Assembly (NCBI GenBank): GCA_965200975.1
Contig: OZ241740.1
Location: 1,858,636 to 1,922,635 of the forward strand
Source: Dehalococcoidia bacterium
GTDB lineage: Bacteria > Chloroflexota > Dehalococcoidia > Lucifugimonadales > Australimonadaceae
Length of the DNA stretch: 64,000 bases
Direction: 5' to 3'
Below the pieces are notes generated by a model. That model was not told where the DNA came from. It did no database searches and worked only from the letters and a program-made list of their open reading frames with translations. Below, piece after piece: positions 37,037-45,519 of the stretch (positions are counted from its first letter, which is position 1; every line of letters begins with the position of its first letter). The position numbers were made by a program, and so were the translations under genes.

Positions 37037-37801
37037 ATGAGCGAACTGATCGATAAGCTGGAGCGCGCCTCCAAAGGCGCCGCGCAGCCGCTAGGATTCG
37101 GCGGCGCCGCCCGGCGCGAGCGCATCGCCCCCATCCTCCTGCTGGCCGCCGTCGACTCTCGCAACGGCGCCCAGGCCCAGGCGGTTGCCGAGGCCGGGCT
37201 CGACGCCGCAATCGTCGACGGCGCTGCAGCGTCCCCGCACCCGTTGCAGGACGTCACGCTCGGCGTCTGGTTCGATCAGGCGCAGCTGGCCGACCCGGAC
37301 GGCGCCGACTTCCAGGTCTTCTCCTCCGACGCGACTCCGCTCGCCGCGCTCGCCGGCGATGAGCGGACCCTCATCATGGAGATCGACCCCGACATCGACA
37401 ACACGCTTCTCCGCTCGCTCGACTCGCTGCCCGTCGACGCGTTCATCGTGCGGCTGCTCGACGCCGGCGGGCTCACCGTACGGCAGCTTATGCAGCTTGG
37501 CCGCGTGCGCGGGGCCACGTCGCGCTGGCTCATCGCTCACATCCCCGCGCTGCCCTCCAGGGAAGAGGCTGAACTGCTGCGCGACGCCGGCGTTGGAGCA
37601 GCGCTCATCAGCGCCGCCGGCGTCAGCGCGGACGACCTCCGCAAGACGCGCGAGATGCTGCTCGACCTCCCTCGGGAGTCGGCCCGCAAGAAGCGCCGCG
37701 AACGGAGCGCCGTAGCGCTCCCGCGGGTCGCCGAAAGCGCAGCGCCCGCCCCGCCTCCCTCCGCTCCCGACGACGATGACGACGATTGGGACGACGACTA
37801 G
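37037..37801 (+). CDS. hypothetical protein with a basic stretch and poly-Asp C-terminal tail
   Basis: 254 aa with protein-like composition and a good ATG. The C-terminus reads ...RKKRRERS...APAPPPSAPDDDDDDWDDD. No family recognised. Confidence 0.6.
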   Translation: MSELIDKLERASKGAAQPLGFGGAARRERIAPILLLAAVDSRNGAQAQAVAEAGLDAAIVDGAAASPHPLQDVTLGVWFDQAQLADPDGADFQVFSSDATPLAALAGDERTLIMEIDPDIDNTLLRSLDSLPVDAFIVRLLDAGGLTVRQLMQLGRVRGATSRWLIAHIPALPSREEAELLRDAGVGAALISAAGVSADDLRKTREMLLDLPRESARKKRRERSAVALPRVAESAAPAPPPSAPDDDDDDWDDD

Positions 37802-37821
37802 CGCCGCTCGCGCGCCGCTCC

Positions 37822-38511
37822 ATGCTCCTCGCCAATAGCAGTCTGCTCCTCAACGACCCATTCGCGTTCTTTACGTTCATCCTCGTCGTCGCGCTCTCGC
37901 TGCTCATCGGCATCACCGTGCACGAGGCCTCTCACGCCTACTGCGCCAGCAGACTGGGCGATCCCACAGCCGCCCGGCTCGGACGCATCACCCTCAATCC
38001 CCGGGCCCACCTCGACCCTGCCGGCTCGCTGATGCTCCTCGTCGCAGGGTTCGGCTGGGGTAAACCTGTGCCGGTCGACCCGATGCGCCTCTGGCGCGGC
38101 CGGCGCGGAGTCGCGATCGTGTCGGCGGCGGGCCCCGCCTCGAACCTGCTCCTTGCCCTGGCGCTCGCGGCGCTCTTTCAGGCCGGACTGCTGAGCGTCG
38201 ACTCCTTCTCCCGCGCGGAACTGCAGACGCTCGATTTCGGCGCTTGGATCAACATCATCGCCACTTATAGCGTGCTGCTGAACCTGCTCCTCGCCGCGTT
38301 CAACCTGCTGCCGCTGCCCCCGCTCGACGGCGGCGGCATTCTGGCGGGCGTCGTTCCGCGCGATTGGCTCCCCGCCGTCGACTGGCTCCAACGCATCGGG
38401 CCCATCGTGCTAATAGCAGTCATCGCCCTGACGATTCTCACGAACCTCAGCCCGCTCAGCTTCCTGTTCGGGTCCGTCTACGCCGCCGCCAACGTGCTCA
38501 TCGGGCTGTAG
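37822..38511 (+). CDS. site-2 protease family (peptidase M50) membrane metalloprotease
   Basis: ATG at 37822. HEASHAY is an HExxH motif in the first TM region. Also LNPRAHLDP.GS and NLLLAAFNLLPLPPLDGG, the M50 signatures. Confidence 0.85.
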   Translation: MLLANSSLLLNDPFAFFTFILVVALSLLIGITVHEASHAYCASRLGDPTAARLGRITLNPRAHLDPAGSLMLLVAGFGWGKPVPVDPMRLWRGRRGVAIVSAAGPASNLLLALALAALFQAGLLSVDSFSRAELQTLDFGAWINIIATYSVLLNLLLAAFNLLPLPPLDGGGILAGVVPRDWLPAVDWLQRIGPIVLIAVIALTILTNLSPLSFLFGSVYAAANVLIGL

Positions 38512-38619
38512 GCAGGCGCGCCGCCCCCAAGGAGTCGCCAATGTGGAGAATTCCCGCGCTAAGCAAGGGAACTCTCTAAGCCGGAGTAGGCCAAAGGCGC
38601 CAGCAAACCACGCCCGCTC

Positions 38620-38784
38620 TTAACCCCGCGCCTTCTCGGAGTGGATCTCGTCCAGCAGCATCCGCTTCGCAGTCTCCGCGATGCGTGTAATCTGGCTTAC
38701 CGTCAGCCTGGGGCCCATTATCTCCCGCTCGTACGCGGCGATTATGTTCACGAGCGTCCGGTCATTGGGGGTCGTCAGCGCCAT
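38620..38784 (-). CDS. hypothetical 54-aa protein
   Basis: This is the C-terminal tail of the chimeric ORF 38620..40221. ATG at 38784 has GAGGAA 7-8 nt upstream. It is divergent from the DUF952 gene. Weak support. Confidence 0.3.
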   Translation of the reverse strand: MALTTPNDRTLVNIIAAYEREIMGPRLTVSQITRIAETAKRMLLDEIHSEKARG

Positions 38785-38814
38785 AGCAAACTTCCTCGAC
38801 AGGAGTGCCACTGC

Positions 38815-39159
38815 ATGATAGCCCAAGGCCCGATCATCCACGTTACGACCCCGGACGCCTGGGCGCGCGAAGACGATACGCCGTTCTACGCTCCCGAGTC
38901 GCTGGCGGTCGAAGGCTTCATCCACTGCTGCCGCCCGGACCAACTGCGGGGCGTGCTCGGGCGCCACTTCGCCGGACACCGCGCGCTCGTACTCCTCATC
39001 GTCGATCCCGCAAAGCTCACTGCGCAACTCCGCGTTGAAGAGGCCCGGCCCGGCGAGTGGTTCTCGCACATCTACGGCCCCCTCGACCGCGCCGCCGTCG
39101 TCAGCGTCCTGCCTATCGAGGCCGACTCCACCGGCGCCTTTACGCTTCCCGACGACTGA
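38815..39159 (+). CDS. DUF952 family protein
   Basis: ATG at 38815 with AGGAG 9 nt upstream. The pattern IIHVTT...W........Y.PESL..EGFIHCC...Q...V..R.F.G...LVLL.VDP..L.......E.......F.HIYGPL...AVV.V is the DUF952 pattern. Confidence 0.8.
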   Translation: MIAQGPIIHVTTPDAWAREDDTPFYAPESLAVEGFIHCCRPDQLRGVLGRHFAGHRALVLLIVDPAKLTAQLRVEEARPGEWFSHIYGPLDRAAVVSVLPIEADSTGAFTLPDD

Positions 39160-39208
39160 GCCAGCTTCCAGCCGGACGCGCCCGCCTCTCTCCCGCAGCG
39201 CCCATGCC

Positions 39209-40194
39209 TCACTCGCCGTAGACGCGCGCGCCGCGGCTGTTGAGGTACGCCGCGAGGTTCTCCGGCGCATACGACTCATCCGACTCGAACCGATCGCGCG
39301 CGCTCGGATGCACCGCCCGTACGCCGGAAACAGCCGGAATACCCCGCGCCGCGACTCGTGCAATGCGCCCATCGGACGCGGACGCGTCATCCGACGCAGA
39401 CGCGCCCCATCGAACGCCAGGCCAACCCTCGACGCGCGCTCGACCATCCACAGCAAGGAAGCGTCCGCGAGCGACCGGTCGGCGTAGCCCCCGCCGACAT
39501 CGGCATGGACGCCGGGGAACCACACCTGCTCCACCGTCTGCCCGGAGCGCGGCTTGACCTTCCAGAGCGCCGCCCGGAAGGGGCGCCGCCGTTCGTCGAT
39601 GGCCAGCGCATGGTAGCCGTGCCGGACGCGGCGGCTCAGCTCGACGTCGTGAAACTGGTGCCGCGCAGCCGTAAGCCGCGATAGCCCCCGCAGCGGAATG
39701 CCGAGGGCGCCGACCGTATCCCACACTCCCACGAACGTAATGTCCGCCTCGCGCGAATGGGCAGCCCTGAAAGCGGAGGCTTCCCGCGAGCCGGGGGCTG
39801 CGTCGGCGCGCCGGTACAGCCGGTACGCCTCGCGGAAGCGGTCAGCCTCCGCCTTCCGGAGCACGCCTGCGTTGCGCGCCAGCCCTGCAAGGCTCCGCAC
39901 GGTGTAGGCTCCGCGGCTGTAGCCGAACAGATAAATCTCGTCGCCTTCCTCGAAGTTGTGCACGAGGAACCTGTAGCCGTCGCCGATATTCTTCTCGACG
40001 CCTCTGCCCGTAACGCCGCCAACCAGCCGGTCGAGCCAGTTCGCAGTCCCGACCCCCTCGTCGTAGAACACGACCTGCGCCGCGCCGTCGGGCGCAGTGG
40101 GCAGGACCGTCCGAGCCACGAGCGCGACATTCGTCGGCGCATGCTGCTCCGGCGTGCTCCATGTCCCGTCCGAACAGATGACGATACGCTTCAT
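39209..40194 (-). pseudogene. DUF2235 (Tle1-like alpha/beta hydrolase) protein with an apparent -1 frameshift
   Basis: ATG at 40194 is preceded by GAGGAGG. The protein reads KRIVICSDGTWS...FYDEGVGT...FGYSRGAYTVR (GxSxG)...FVGVWDTVGA...HADVGGGY...LHESRRGVFRLFPAY and then turns to junk. The protein-like C-terminus AVHPSARDRFESDESYAPENL...* is in another frame and ends at 39209. The length of 986 nt is 3n+2. The join is near 39311-39321 (GGG run). Confidence 0.7.
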
Positions 40195-40346
40195 CTGCGC
40201 TCCCTCCTCTTCACTGCCCAACCAGTCTAGGAAGGAGTCCTGCAGAGGCGCAACGGGCTACTGTCAGAGTTCCGTCATCGCCGCGAGGAAGGGCGCCGTG
40301 ACGCTACTGCCCCCTGCGCCCCAGCCGCCGCGACGGCTCGACCGCG

Positions 40347-41213
40347 CTACGCTTCCCGAGCCGCCAGGCCGCGCAGCCATGCGCGCATTGCGACGGCGTA
40401 CTCCGGACGGCGCAGCGCGATCTCGACCGACGTCTGCAACAGCCCCAGAGGAGTGCCGGCGTCGAAGCGGTCGCCTTCGAACCGGTAGGCGTGGACCGCC
40501 TCGCGCTGCGCCAGCAGGTCCACTGCGTCGGTCAGCTGCAGCTCTCCTATGGCGCCCGCCGTAATCGATTCGAGACAGTCGAAGATCGCCGGAGAGAATA
40601 CATACGGCCCCACGATAGCGAGGTTCGAGGGCGCCTCGTCGCGCGGAGGCTTCTCCACGCACCGCGTCAGACGCGTCGCGCGACCGGACGCCGCCTCCCC
40701 CTCAACGACTCCGTAGCGCGACACGTCCTCCCACGGCGCCTCGATGACGCCCACCACGCTCCCCAGCTGCTCGTAGGCGTCGAGCATCTGCCGGGTGACC
40801 GACGGCTCGCCCAGCAGCACCTCGTCGGGCAAGTACACGATGAACGGCTCGCCGCCGACGGCCTCTCTCGCCGTCAGGACTGCGTGGCCGAGCCCGAGCG
40901 GCTCTTTCTGACGCACGGCGATGACGCTGGCCATCCGCGACACGCTTTCGACAGGGTCGAGCTTCGCATTGCCCCGATCGCGCAGCGTGCGCTCCAGGTC
41001 GGGCGCGATGTCGAAGTAGTCCTCCATGGCCGTCTTGCCGCGCGACGTCACCAGCACGACGCGGTCGATGCCGGCCTCGACCGCCTGCTCCACCACGTAC
41101 TGAATCACGGGGCGGTCGACCAGCGGCAGCATCTCTTTCGGCACAGCCTTGGAGATGGGCAAGAACCGCGTGCCTACTCCCGCGGCGGCGATGACGGCAG
41201 TGCGAACAGCCAT
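40347..41213 (-). CDS. galU: UTP--glucose-1-phosphate uridylyltransferase
   Basis: ATG at 41213, reading AVIAAAGVGTRFLPISKAVPKEMLPLVD.PVIQY.V.EA..AGI......T.R.K...EDYFD....LE. The N-terminal extension of ORF 40347..41549 overlaps the SRP RNA and is not coding. Confidence 0.92.
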   Translation of the reverse strand: MAVRTAVIAAAGVGTRFLPISKAVPKEMLPLVDRPVIQYVVEQAVEAGIDRVVLVTSRGKTAMEDYFDIAPDLERTLRDRGNAKLDPVESVSRMASVIAVRQKEPLGLGHAVLTAREAVGGEPFIVYLPDEVLLGEPSVTRQMLDAYEQLGSVVGVIEAPWEDVSRYGVVEGEAASGRATRLTRCVEKPPRDEAPSNLAIVGPYVFSPAIFDCLESITAGAIGELQLTDAVDLLAQREAVHAYRFEGDRFDAGTPLGLLQTSVEIALRRPEYAVAMRAWLRGLAAREA

Positions 41214-41245
41214 AGCCGCCACAGCATAACAGGCGCCGCCCGCGT

Positions 41246-41275
41246 TTGACCGGCGGCGCCCCGGACGCCTACCAT
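41246..41275 (+). promoter_or_regulatory. candidate promoter of the SRP RNA gene
   Basis: TTGACC (41246-41251), an 18-nt spacer, then TACCAT (41270-41275). This would place the transcription start a few nt before the SRP RNA 5' stem. Confidence 0.35.
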
Positions 41276-41277
41276 GA

Positions 41278-41553
41278 TGCGCAGCCGTGCTAGACGGGGA
41301 GTTAGCGGCGCCCTGCACCCGAAATCCGCTATAGCGGGGTTGAACTCCTCCCCCAAGGGCCGGCCTCGCCGCCTCTGGTCCGGAAACGGATGTTGAGAGC
41401 CGGGCCCTGCGCGACGGAGCCCCGTGAACCGCGTCAGGTCCGGAAGGAAGCAGCGCTAAGCGGACTGCCCCGAGCGCCGCAGACCAGCCTGGCTCGAGTC
41501 TGAATCCCATGGCTACGCGTCGGGCCACCGGCTCGAAGGGGAGGTGCACGGCT
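41278..41553 (+). ncRNA. ffs: signal recognition particle RNA, long (Bacillus-type, with Alu domain)
   Basis: The domain IV motif GTCAGGTCCGGAAGGAAGCAGC lies at 41434-41455. The 5' GCCGTGCTAGACGGGGAG.TAGCGG.GCCCTG.ACC...AATCCGCT.TAGC parallels the B. subtilis scRNA 5' Alu domain. 5' GCCGTGC (41284) pairs with 3' GCACGGC (41546-41552). Confidence 0.85.
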
Positions 41554-41666
41554 ACTCTTCCCTCCGGCCCCCGCGACCGTGACCGTCGCCCCGCCGCCTG
41601 AGGCCGCTACCCTTTCGCGCGCGGGGCGCAGACAGTTGTGACGCAGTTGGAGGACGAGGCGCGGCG

Positions 41667-42458
41667 ATGCGCCCACCACGCAAGAGCCTGGGACAGCACT
41701 TCCTGAACGACCGCAACATCCTCGCGGCGATCGCCGACGCCGCCGATGTGGGGCCTGCCGACGCCGTCATCGAAGTCGGCCCCGGACGCGGAGCCCTCAC
41801 CGCCGTCCTTGCCGAACGCGCGCGGGAGGTCGTCGCCGTCGAACTCGACCCCGACCTCGCACGCGATCTCGCCGCCGCGGCGGCGCCGAACGTCCGCATC
41901 GTCGAGGGCGACGCGCGCGCGATCGCTCCCGGCGCGCTCCTCGGCGCCTGCCGCCCCTACAAGCTTGTGGGCAACCTGCCGTACTATGCCGCCATGCCCA
42001 TACTGCGGGGATTCCTCGAGTCCGACTGCCCGCCGGAGGCGGCGTCCGTGCTCGTGCAGCGCGAAGTGGCGGAGCAGCTCTGCGCCGCGCCCGGCGCGAT
42101 GTCGCTCGCGTCGCTCGCCGTGCAGCTGTTCGGCAAGCCGCGCATCGCCCGTATCGTTCGTCCCGGATCGTTCAATCCGCCCCCAAAGGTGACCTCCGCG
42201 GTCGTCGCGATCGATATCTACGACCGCCCGGCGGAGGGCGTCGACGATACGCGCGCGCTCTTCGTCGTCGCCCGGGCAGGCTTCAGCGCGCCGCGCAAGC
42301 AGCTGCGGAACGCCCTCGCCGCCGGCCTTGCGATCCCGCCGGACGACGCCGGAGCGCTGCTCGCAAGCGCCGGCGTCGACCCCGCGCGGCGCGCCGAGTC
42401 GCTCGCGTTGGCGGAGTGGGCGGCGCTCTGCCGGGCATGGAGCGCCCGCCCGCTATGA
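41667..42458 (+). CDS. rsmA: 16S rRNA (adenine1518-N6/adenine1519-N6)-dimethyltransferase
   Basis: 263 aa, reading PRKSLGQHFLND.NI...I........V.EVGPG.GALT..L......V.AVE.D..L...L...........GNLPY. Confidence 0.93.
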   Translation: MRPPRKSLGQHFLNDRNILAAIADAADVGPADAVIEVGPGRGALTAVLAERAREVVAVELDPDLARDLAAAAAPNVRIVEGDARAIAPGALLGACRPYKLVGNLPYYAAMPILRGFLESDCPPEAASVLVQREVAEQLCAAPGAMSLASLAVQLFGKPRIARIVRPGSFNPPPKVTSAVVAIDIYDRPAEGVDDTRALFVVARAGFSAPRKQLRNALAAGLAIPPDDAGALLASAGVDPARRAESLALAEWAALCRAWSARPL

Positions 42459-42652
42459 GCGGCGTAACGCTCAACTTCGAGGGCGGGCTGCATATGACGC
42501 CGCCGTGCGAGCAGTGCGGCGCCGTGCGCGTGCGCGAGGCGCCCTACTCGGCGCGCGGACAGCCTCTGCTGCCCAACGAGCTCGACGATATGGCGTGGAC
42601 CGACTACCTCTGCGACTGCGGCGCCGTGCGGCTGCGCATAGGCCGCCGGTAG
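42455..42652 (+). CDS. hypothetical small zinc-ribbon-like protein
   Basis: 65 aa. The ATG overlaps the rsmA TGA (ATGA at 42455-42458). The protein has CEQC ... CDC Cys pairs. Confidence 0.45.
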   Translation: MSGVTLNFEGGLHMTPPCEQCGAVRVREAPYSARGQPLLPNELDDMAWTDYLCDCGAVRLRIGRR

Positions 42653-42800
42653 CCTTCAGCGTCGACGGGGGAGCGCGACCCTCGCCCGCCGTTTTATAAT
42701 CGCCCTCTTACCCTTCTGAGAACGCCCCTGCAGGACAGTCGCCCGGATACCTCTCTCTCTACTCTCTCTCGCCTTGCGGGGGGCCGGAAAGGAGCGCGCT

Positions 42801-43718
42801 ATGGACGCTGCGGAAGCCGCCTACCGAAAGACTATCGTCTCCCCGACGCCGCTGGACCCGGAGGTCGCCGCCCGGCGCCTCAAGGAGGTGAAGCGCATCT
42901 TCGACGAGAACAACGTCACCTTCTGGCTCGGCTCCGGAACCTGCCTCGGCGCCACCCGCGAGGGACGCTTCATCCCGTGGGACGACGAGATGGACACCGC
43001 GTCGATCGTCGGCATGCACGGCCTCACCGTCGACGGCATACACCGCATGGCCGACGTCTTCCGGGGGCACGGGTTCACCCCGCGCATCACCTTCAACCCG
43101 CGGCACGTCAGCGTCGCCCTCGTCAAGGACGGCATCCGCACCGACTGGACCTGCCACTACCTCATCGACGGGCGGCTGTACGAATTCCCCGGCGTCGAGC
43201 TCCCCGTTCGCGTCTACCAGAACCTCGCAGAGATCGAATTCATCGGCGAACGCTTCCGCGTGCCCAATCCGCCGGAGGAGTACCTCGCCGCCAAGTACGG
43301 CCCCGACTGGCGCACGCCCAAGGGCCCCGGGTTCGAGGCCGACGTCGTGGGGCAGATCCCGGACGGCTCGATGATCAGCCGCCGGACGCAGCTGCTGTGG
43401 AGGCTCAGCCGCGGAAGGCTGCCGCGCTCGTGCGTCCGCATCCGCGTCTTCGACCGGCAAGGCGACCTCGTGCCCGGCGCGCTCGTCGCCATTGCGGGCA
43501 TCGGCAAGACGACCGCCAACTCCAGGGGCGAGGCGCGCCTCCCCATCCCCGGCGAAAGCTACTTCGCCGTAACCGTTACGTACCCAGGCCACAGAGAGCT
43601 GATGTACGAGGAGGTGCTCACGCCGGGGGCGAGCTACACCTACCGCCCCGGCCCCATCGTCACCCCGGAGGAGCACTACAAGGCAGGCGTCCGCGCCCTA
43701 GCCCTCATCAAGGAGTAG
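42801..43718 (+). CDS. LicD-family nucleotidyltransferase-fold protein with a C-terminal carboxypeptidase-regulatory-like beta-sandwich
   Basis: ATG at 42801 with AAAGGAG upstream. TFWLGSGTCLGATREGRFIPWDDEMD is the LicD motif. The C-terminus VRIRVFDRQGDLVPGALVAIAG..KTTANSRGEARL is CarboxypepD_reg-like. Confidence 0.8.
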   Translation: MDAAEAAYRKTIVSPTPLDPEVAARRLKEVKRIFDENNVTFWLGSGTCLGATREGRFIPWDDEMDTASIVGMHGLTVDGIHRMADVFRGHGFTPRITFNPRHVSVALVKDGIRTDWTCHYLIDGRLYEFPGVELPVRVYQNLAEIEFIGERFRVPNPPEEYLAAKYGPDWRTPKGPGFEADVVGQIPDGSMISRRTQLLWRLSRGRLPRSCVRIRVFDRQGDLVPGALVAIAGIGKTTANSRGEARLPIPGESYFAVTVTYPGHRELMYEEVLTPGASYTYRPGPIVTPEEHYKAGVRALALIKE

Positions 43719-43738
43719 CTGCCCGGCTCTGGCTGCGT

Positions 43739-44090
43739 TTGCGAGGGGGTCCGGGGGAGAGGACTCTCTCCCGGCAGCGCGCAGCGCTCTGGTTTGCGAT
43801 GGGGGGGCAGCCGCGGCAGCGCTCATGCAGGCGGCGGCAGCGCTCATGCGATAGGCGTTCGCTGCTGTGGCGTTGCAGCTGGGAGAGCGTCCGCTCCCCC
43901 AGACCCCCTCGCAAAGCCGCTCCGGCGCCGTGGCGCCCCCTCGCAGCCGCAGCCGGGGGGCGGCAGCGCAGCGCTCATGCGATTGGCGTTCGCTGCTGTG
44001 GCGTTGCAGCTGGGAGAGCGTCCGCTCCCCCAGACCCCCTCGCAGCCGGGGGGCAGCGGCCACCCCCCCCCTCGCAGCCACAGCCACCGC
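43739..44090. repeat. cluster of the dispersed repeat family, upstream of the DsbA-like gene
   Basis: A variant copy (reverse orientation) lies at 43739-43774. Two composite forward units, GCGCTCATGCGAT(A/T)GGCGTTCGCTGCTGTGGCGTTGCAGCTGGGAGAGCGTCCGCTCCCCCAGACCCCCTCGCA, have cores at 43881 and 44012 (131-bp period). Confidence 0.85.
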
Positions 44091-44159
44091 GCGATTAGGC
44101 TACACTGCCATCGCCGAGGAACGCAGACGGCAAGAGAGAAGAGAGAGAGGAGGTTGCCT

Positions 44160-44798
44160 GTGACTACGCTTAGGGCTGAGGTTTACTACGATTTTCGCTG
44201 ACCGTTCGTGTTCAATGCAGCCGTGTGGCTGGATCAGGTGAAACGCGCCAGGGGGGACGACGCGCCCATCGAAATCACGTGGCAGCCCTTCTCCCTGCAG
44301 CAGGTCAACCAGAAAGTGGGCCCCGACTATCAGGCGTGGGCCGAGCCGGACGAGAGCCTCGACGGCAGCCTGTGGGGCTTGCGCGCGGGACAGGCCGCCC
44401 GACGGCAGGGCGAGGACGCGCTCCGCGCCTACCTGCCCCTCCTGCTGAGGGCGCGGCACGAAAACCGCAGCGACCTCGGCGACAAGGAGCTCCTCGTGAG
44501 GCTCGCCGACGAGGCCGGACTCGACGCCGACCAGTTCGCGCAAGACCTCGACGACCGCTCGACGCTCGACGAGATCGCCGCGAGCCACAAGCGCGCCGTC
44601 GAGGAGCGCGGCGTGTTCGGCACCCCCACGTTCGTGTTCGAGAGCGGCGGCTCCGCATTCGTCAAGCTCATCCGCCCGCAGACCGACGACCAGGCCGCGA
44701 GCGCGTTCGACTCCCTCGTCAACCTCGTGCAGAACGACCTGTTCGTCGGCGAGGTCAAGCGTCCCCAGCCGCCCTGGCCCAAGGGAGTCTTTGACTAG
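44160..44798 (+). CDS. DsbA/Rv2466c-like thioredoxin-fold oxidoreductase with in-frame TGA (44199-44201) at the catalytic Cys position; selenoprotein candidate or pseudogene
   Basis: The body (44208..44798) reads ...GVFGTPTFVFESGG.AFVKL... and is DsbA-like. The upstream frame reads (GTG)TTLRAEVYYDFR-TGA-PFVFNAAVWLDQV. GGAGG lies 6 nt before GTG 44160. The conservative call is 44208..44798. Confidence 0.6.
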
Positions 44799-45504
44799 CC
44801 GACCGTCCGAACGCAGCCTGGCCGCGCTCGAACGGAAGCTCGGCGTGAGGTTCAGGGAGCGGGAGCTGCTGCGCGAAGCAGTAACGCACCGCTCCTACCT
44901 CAACGAGCAGCCCGACCGCGCGCGCATCAGCTACGACCGCCTCGAGTACCTCGGCGACGCCTTCCTCGGGTGGGTCGTCGCCGGCGAACTGTTCGCGCGC
45001 TACCCCGGCTTCGGCGAGGGAGTCCTCACCCGCGCCCGCGCCGCCCTCGTGCAAGGCCCGGCCCTCGCAGCCGTCGCCGACTCGCTCGGCCTCGGCCCGC
45101 ACCTCATCCTTGGGCTCGGGGAAGACGCAGGAGGCGGACGTCGCCGCCCCCGCACGCTGGCGGCGGCGCTCGAAGCCGTGATCGGCGCCGTGCTGGTCGA
45201 CCGCGGCGAGCGGCGCGCCCGCGCGCTCGTCCTCTCGTGGCTTGGGGAGCAGCTCGACGCCATCGGCCCGGACGGCCCCGCGCCCGACGCCAAGAGCGCG
45301 CTGCAAGAGCAGCTGCAGCGCAGCGGACGCCCCCTGCCCGTCTACCGCATCGCCGGCGAATCGGGCCCTCCCCACGCCCGGACGTTCACCGTGCGCGCCG
45401 AAGTCGACGGCGAAACAATCGGCGAAGGCGCCGGCCCCAGCAAATCCGCCGCCGAACAAAACGCCGCCCAAACCGCCCTCCAAACCCTCCGCCACGACGC
45501 CTAA
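44791..45504 (+). CDS. rnc: ribonuclease III
   Basis: 237 aa, reading LL.EA.TH.SY..E.......ERLEYLGDAFLG.VV...L....P...EG.L...R..LV plus a C-terminal dsRBD (P.Y.........H...F.V.......G.G.G.SK..AEQ.AA..AL). Confidence 0.93.
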   Translation: MTSRPSERSLAALERKLGVRFRERELLREAVTHRSYLNEQPDRARISYDRLEYLGDAFLGWVVAGELFARYPGFGEGVLTRARAALVQGPALAAVADSLGLGPHLILGLGEDAGGGRRRPRTLAAALEAVIGAVLVDRGERRARALVLSWLGEQLDAIGPDGPAPDAKSALQEQLQRSGRPLPVYRIAGESGPPHARTFTVRAEVDGETIGEGAGPSKSAAEQNAAQTALQTLRHDA

Positions 45505-45519
45505 GCGCCGCGCTGCCCC

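Noticed and set aside
38620-40221. Single 533-aa minus-strand ORF
   Set aside because: It is chimeric. The first about 290 aa are DUF2235-like. The middle is junk antisense to a well-supported DUF952 gene on the plus strand. Only the last 54 aa might be an independent small ORF.
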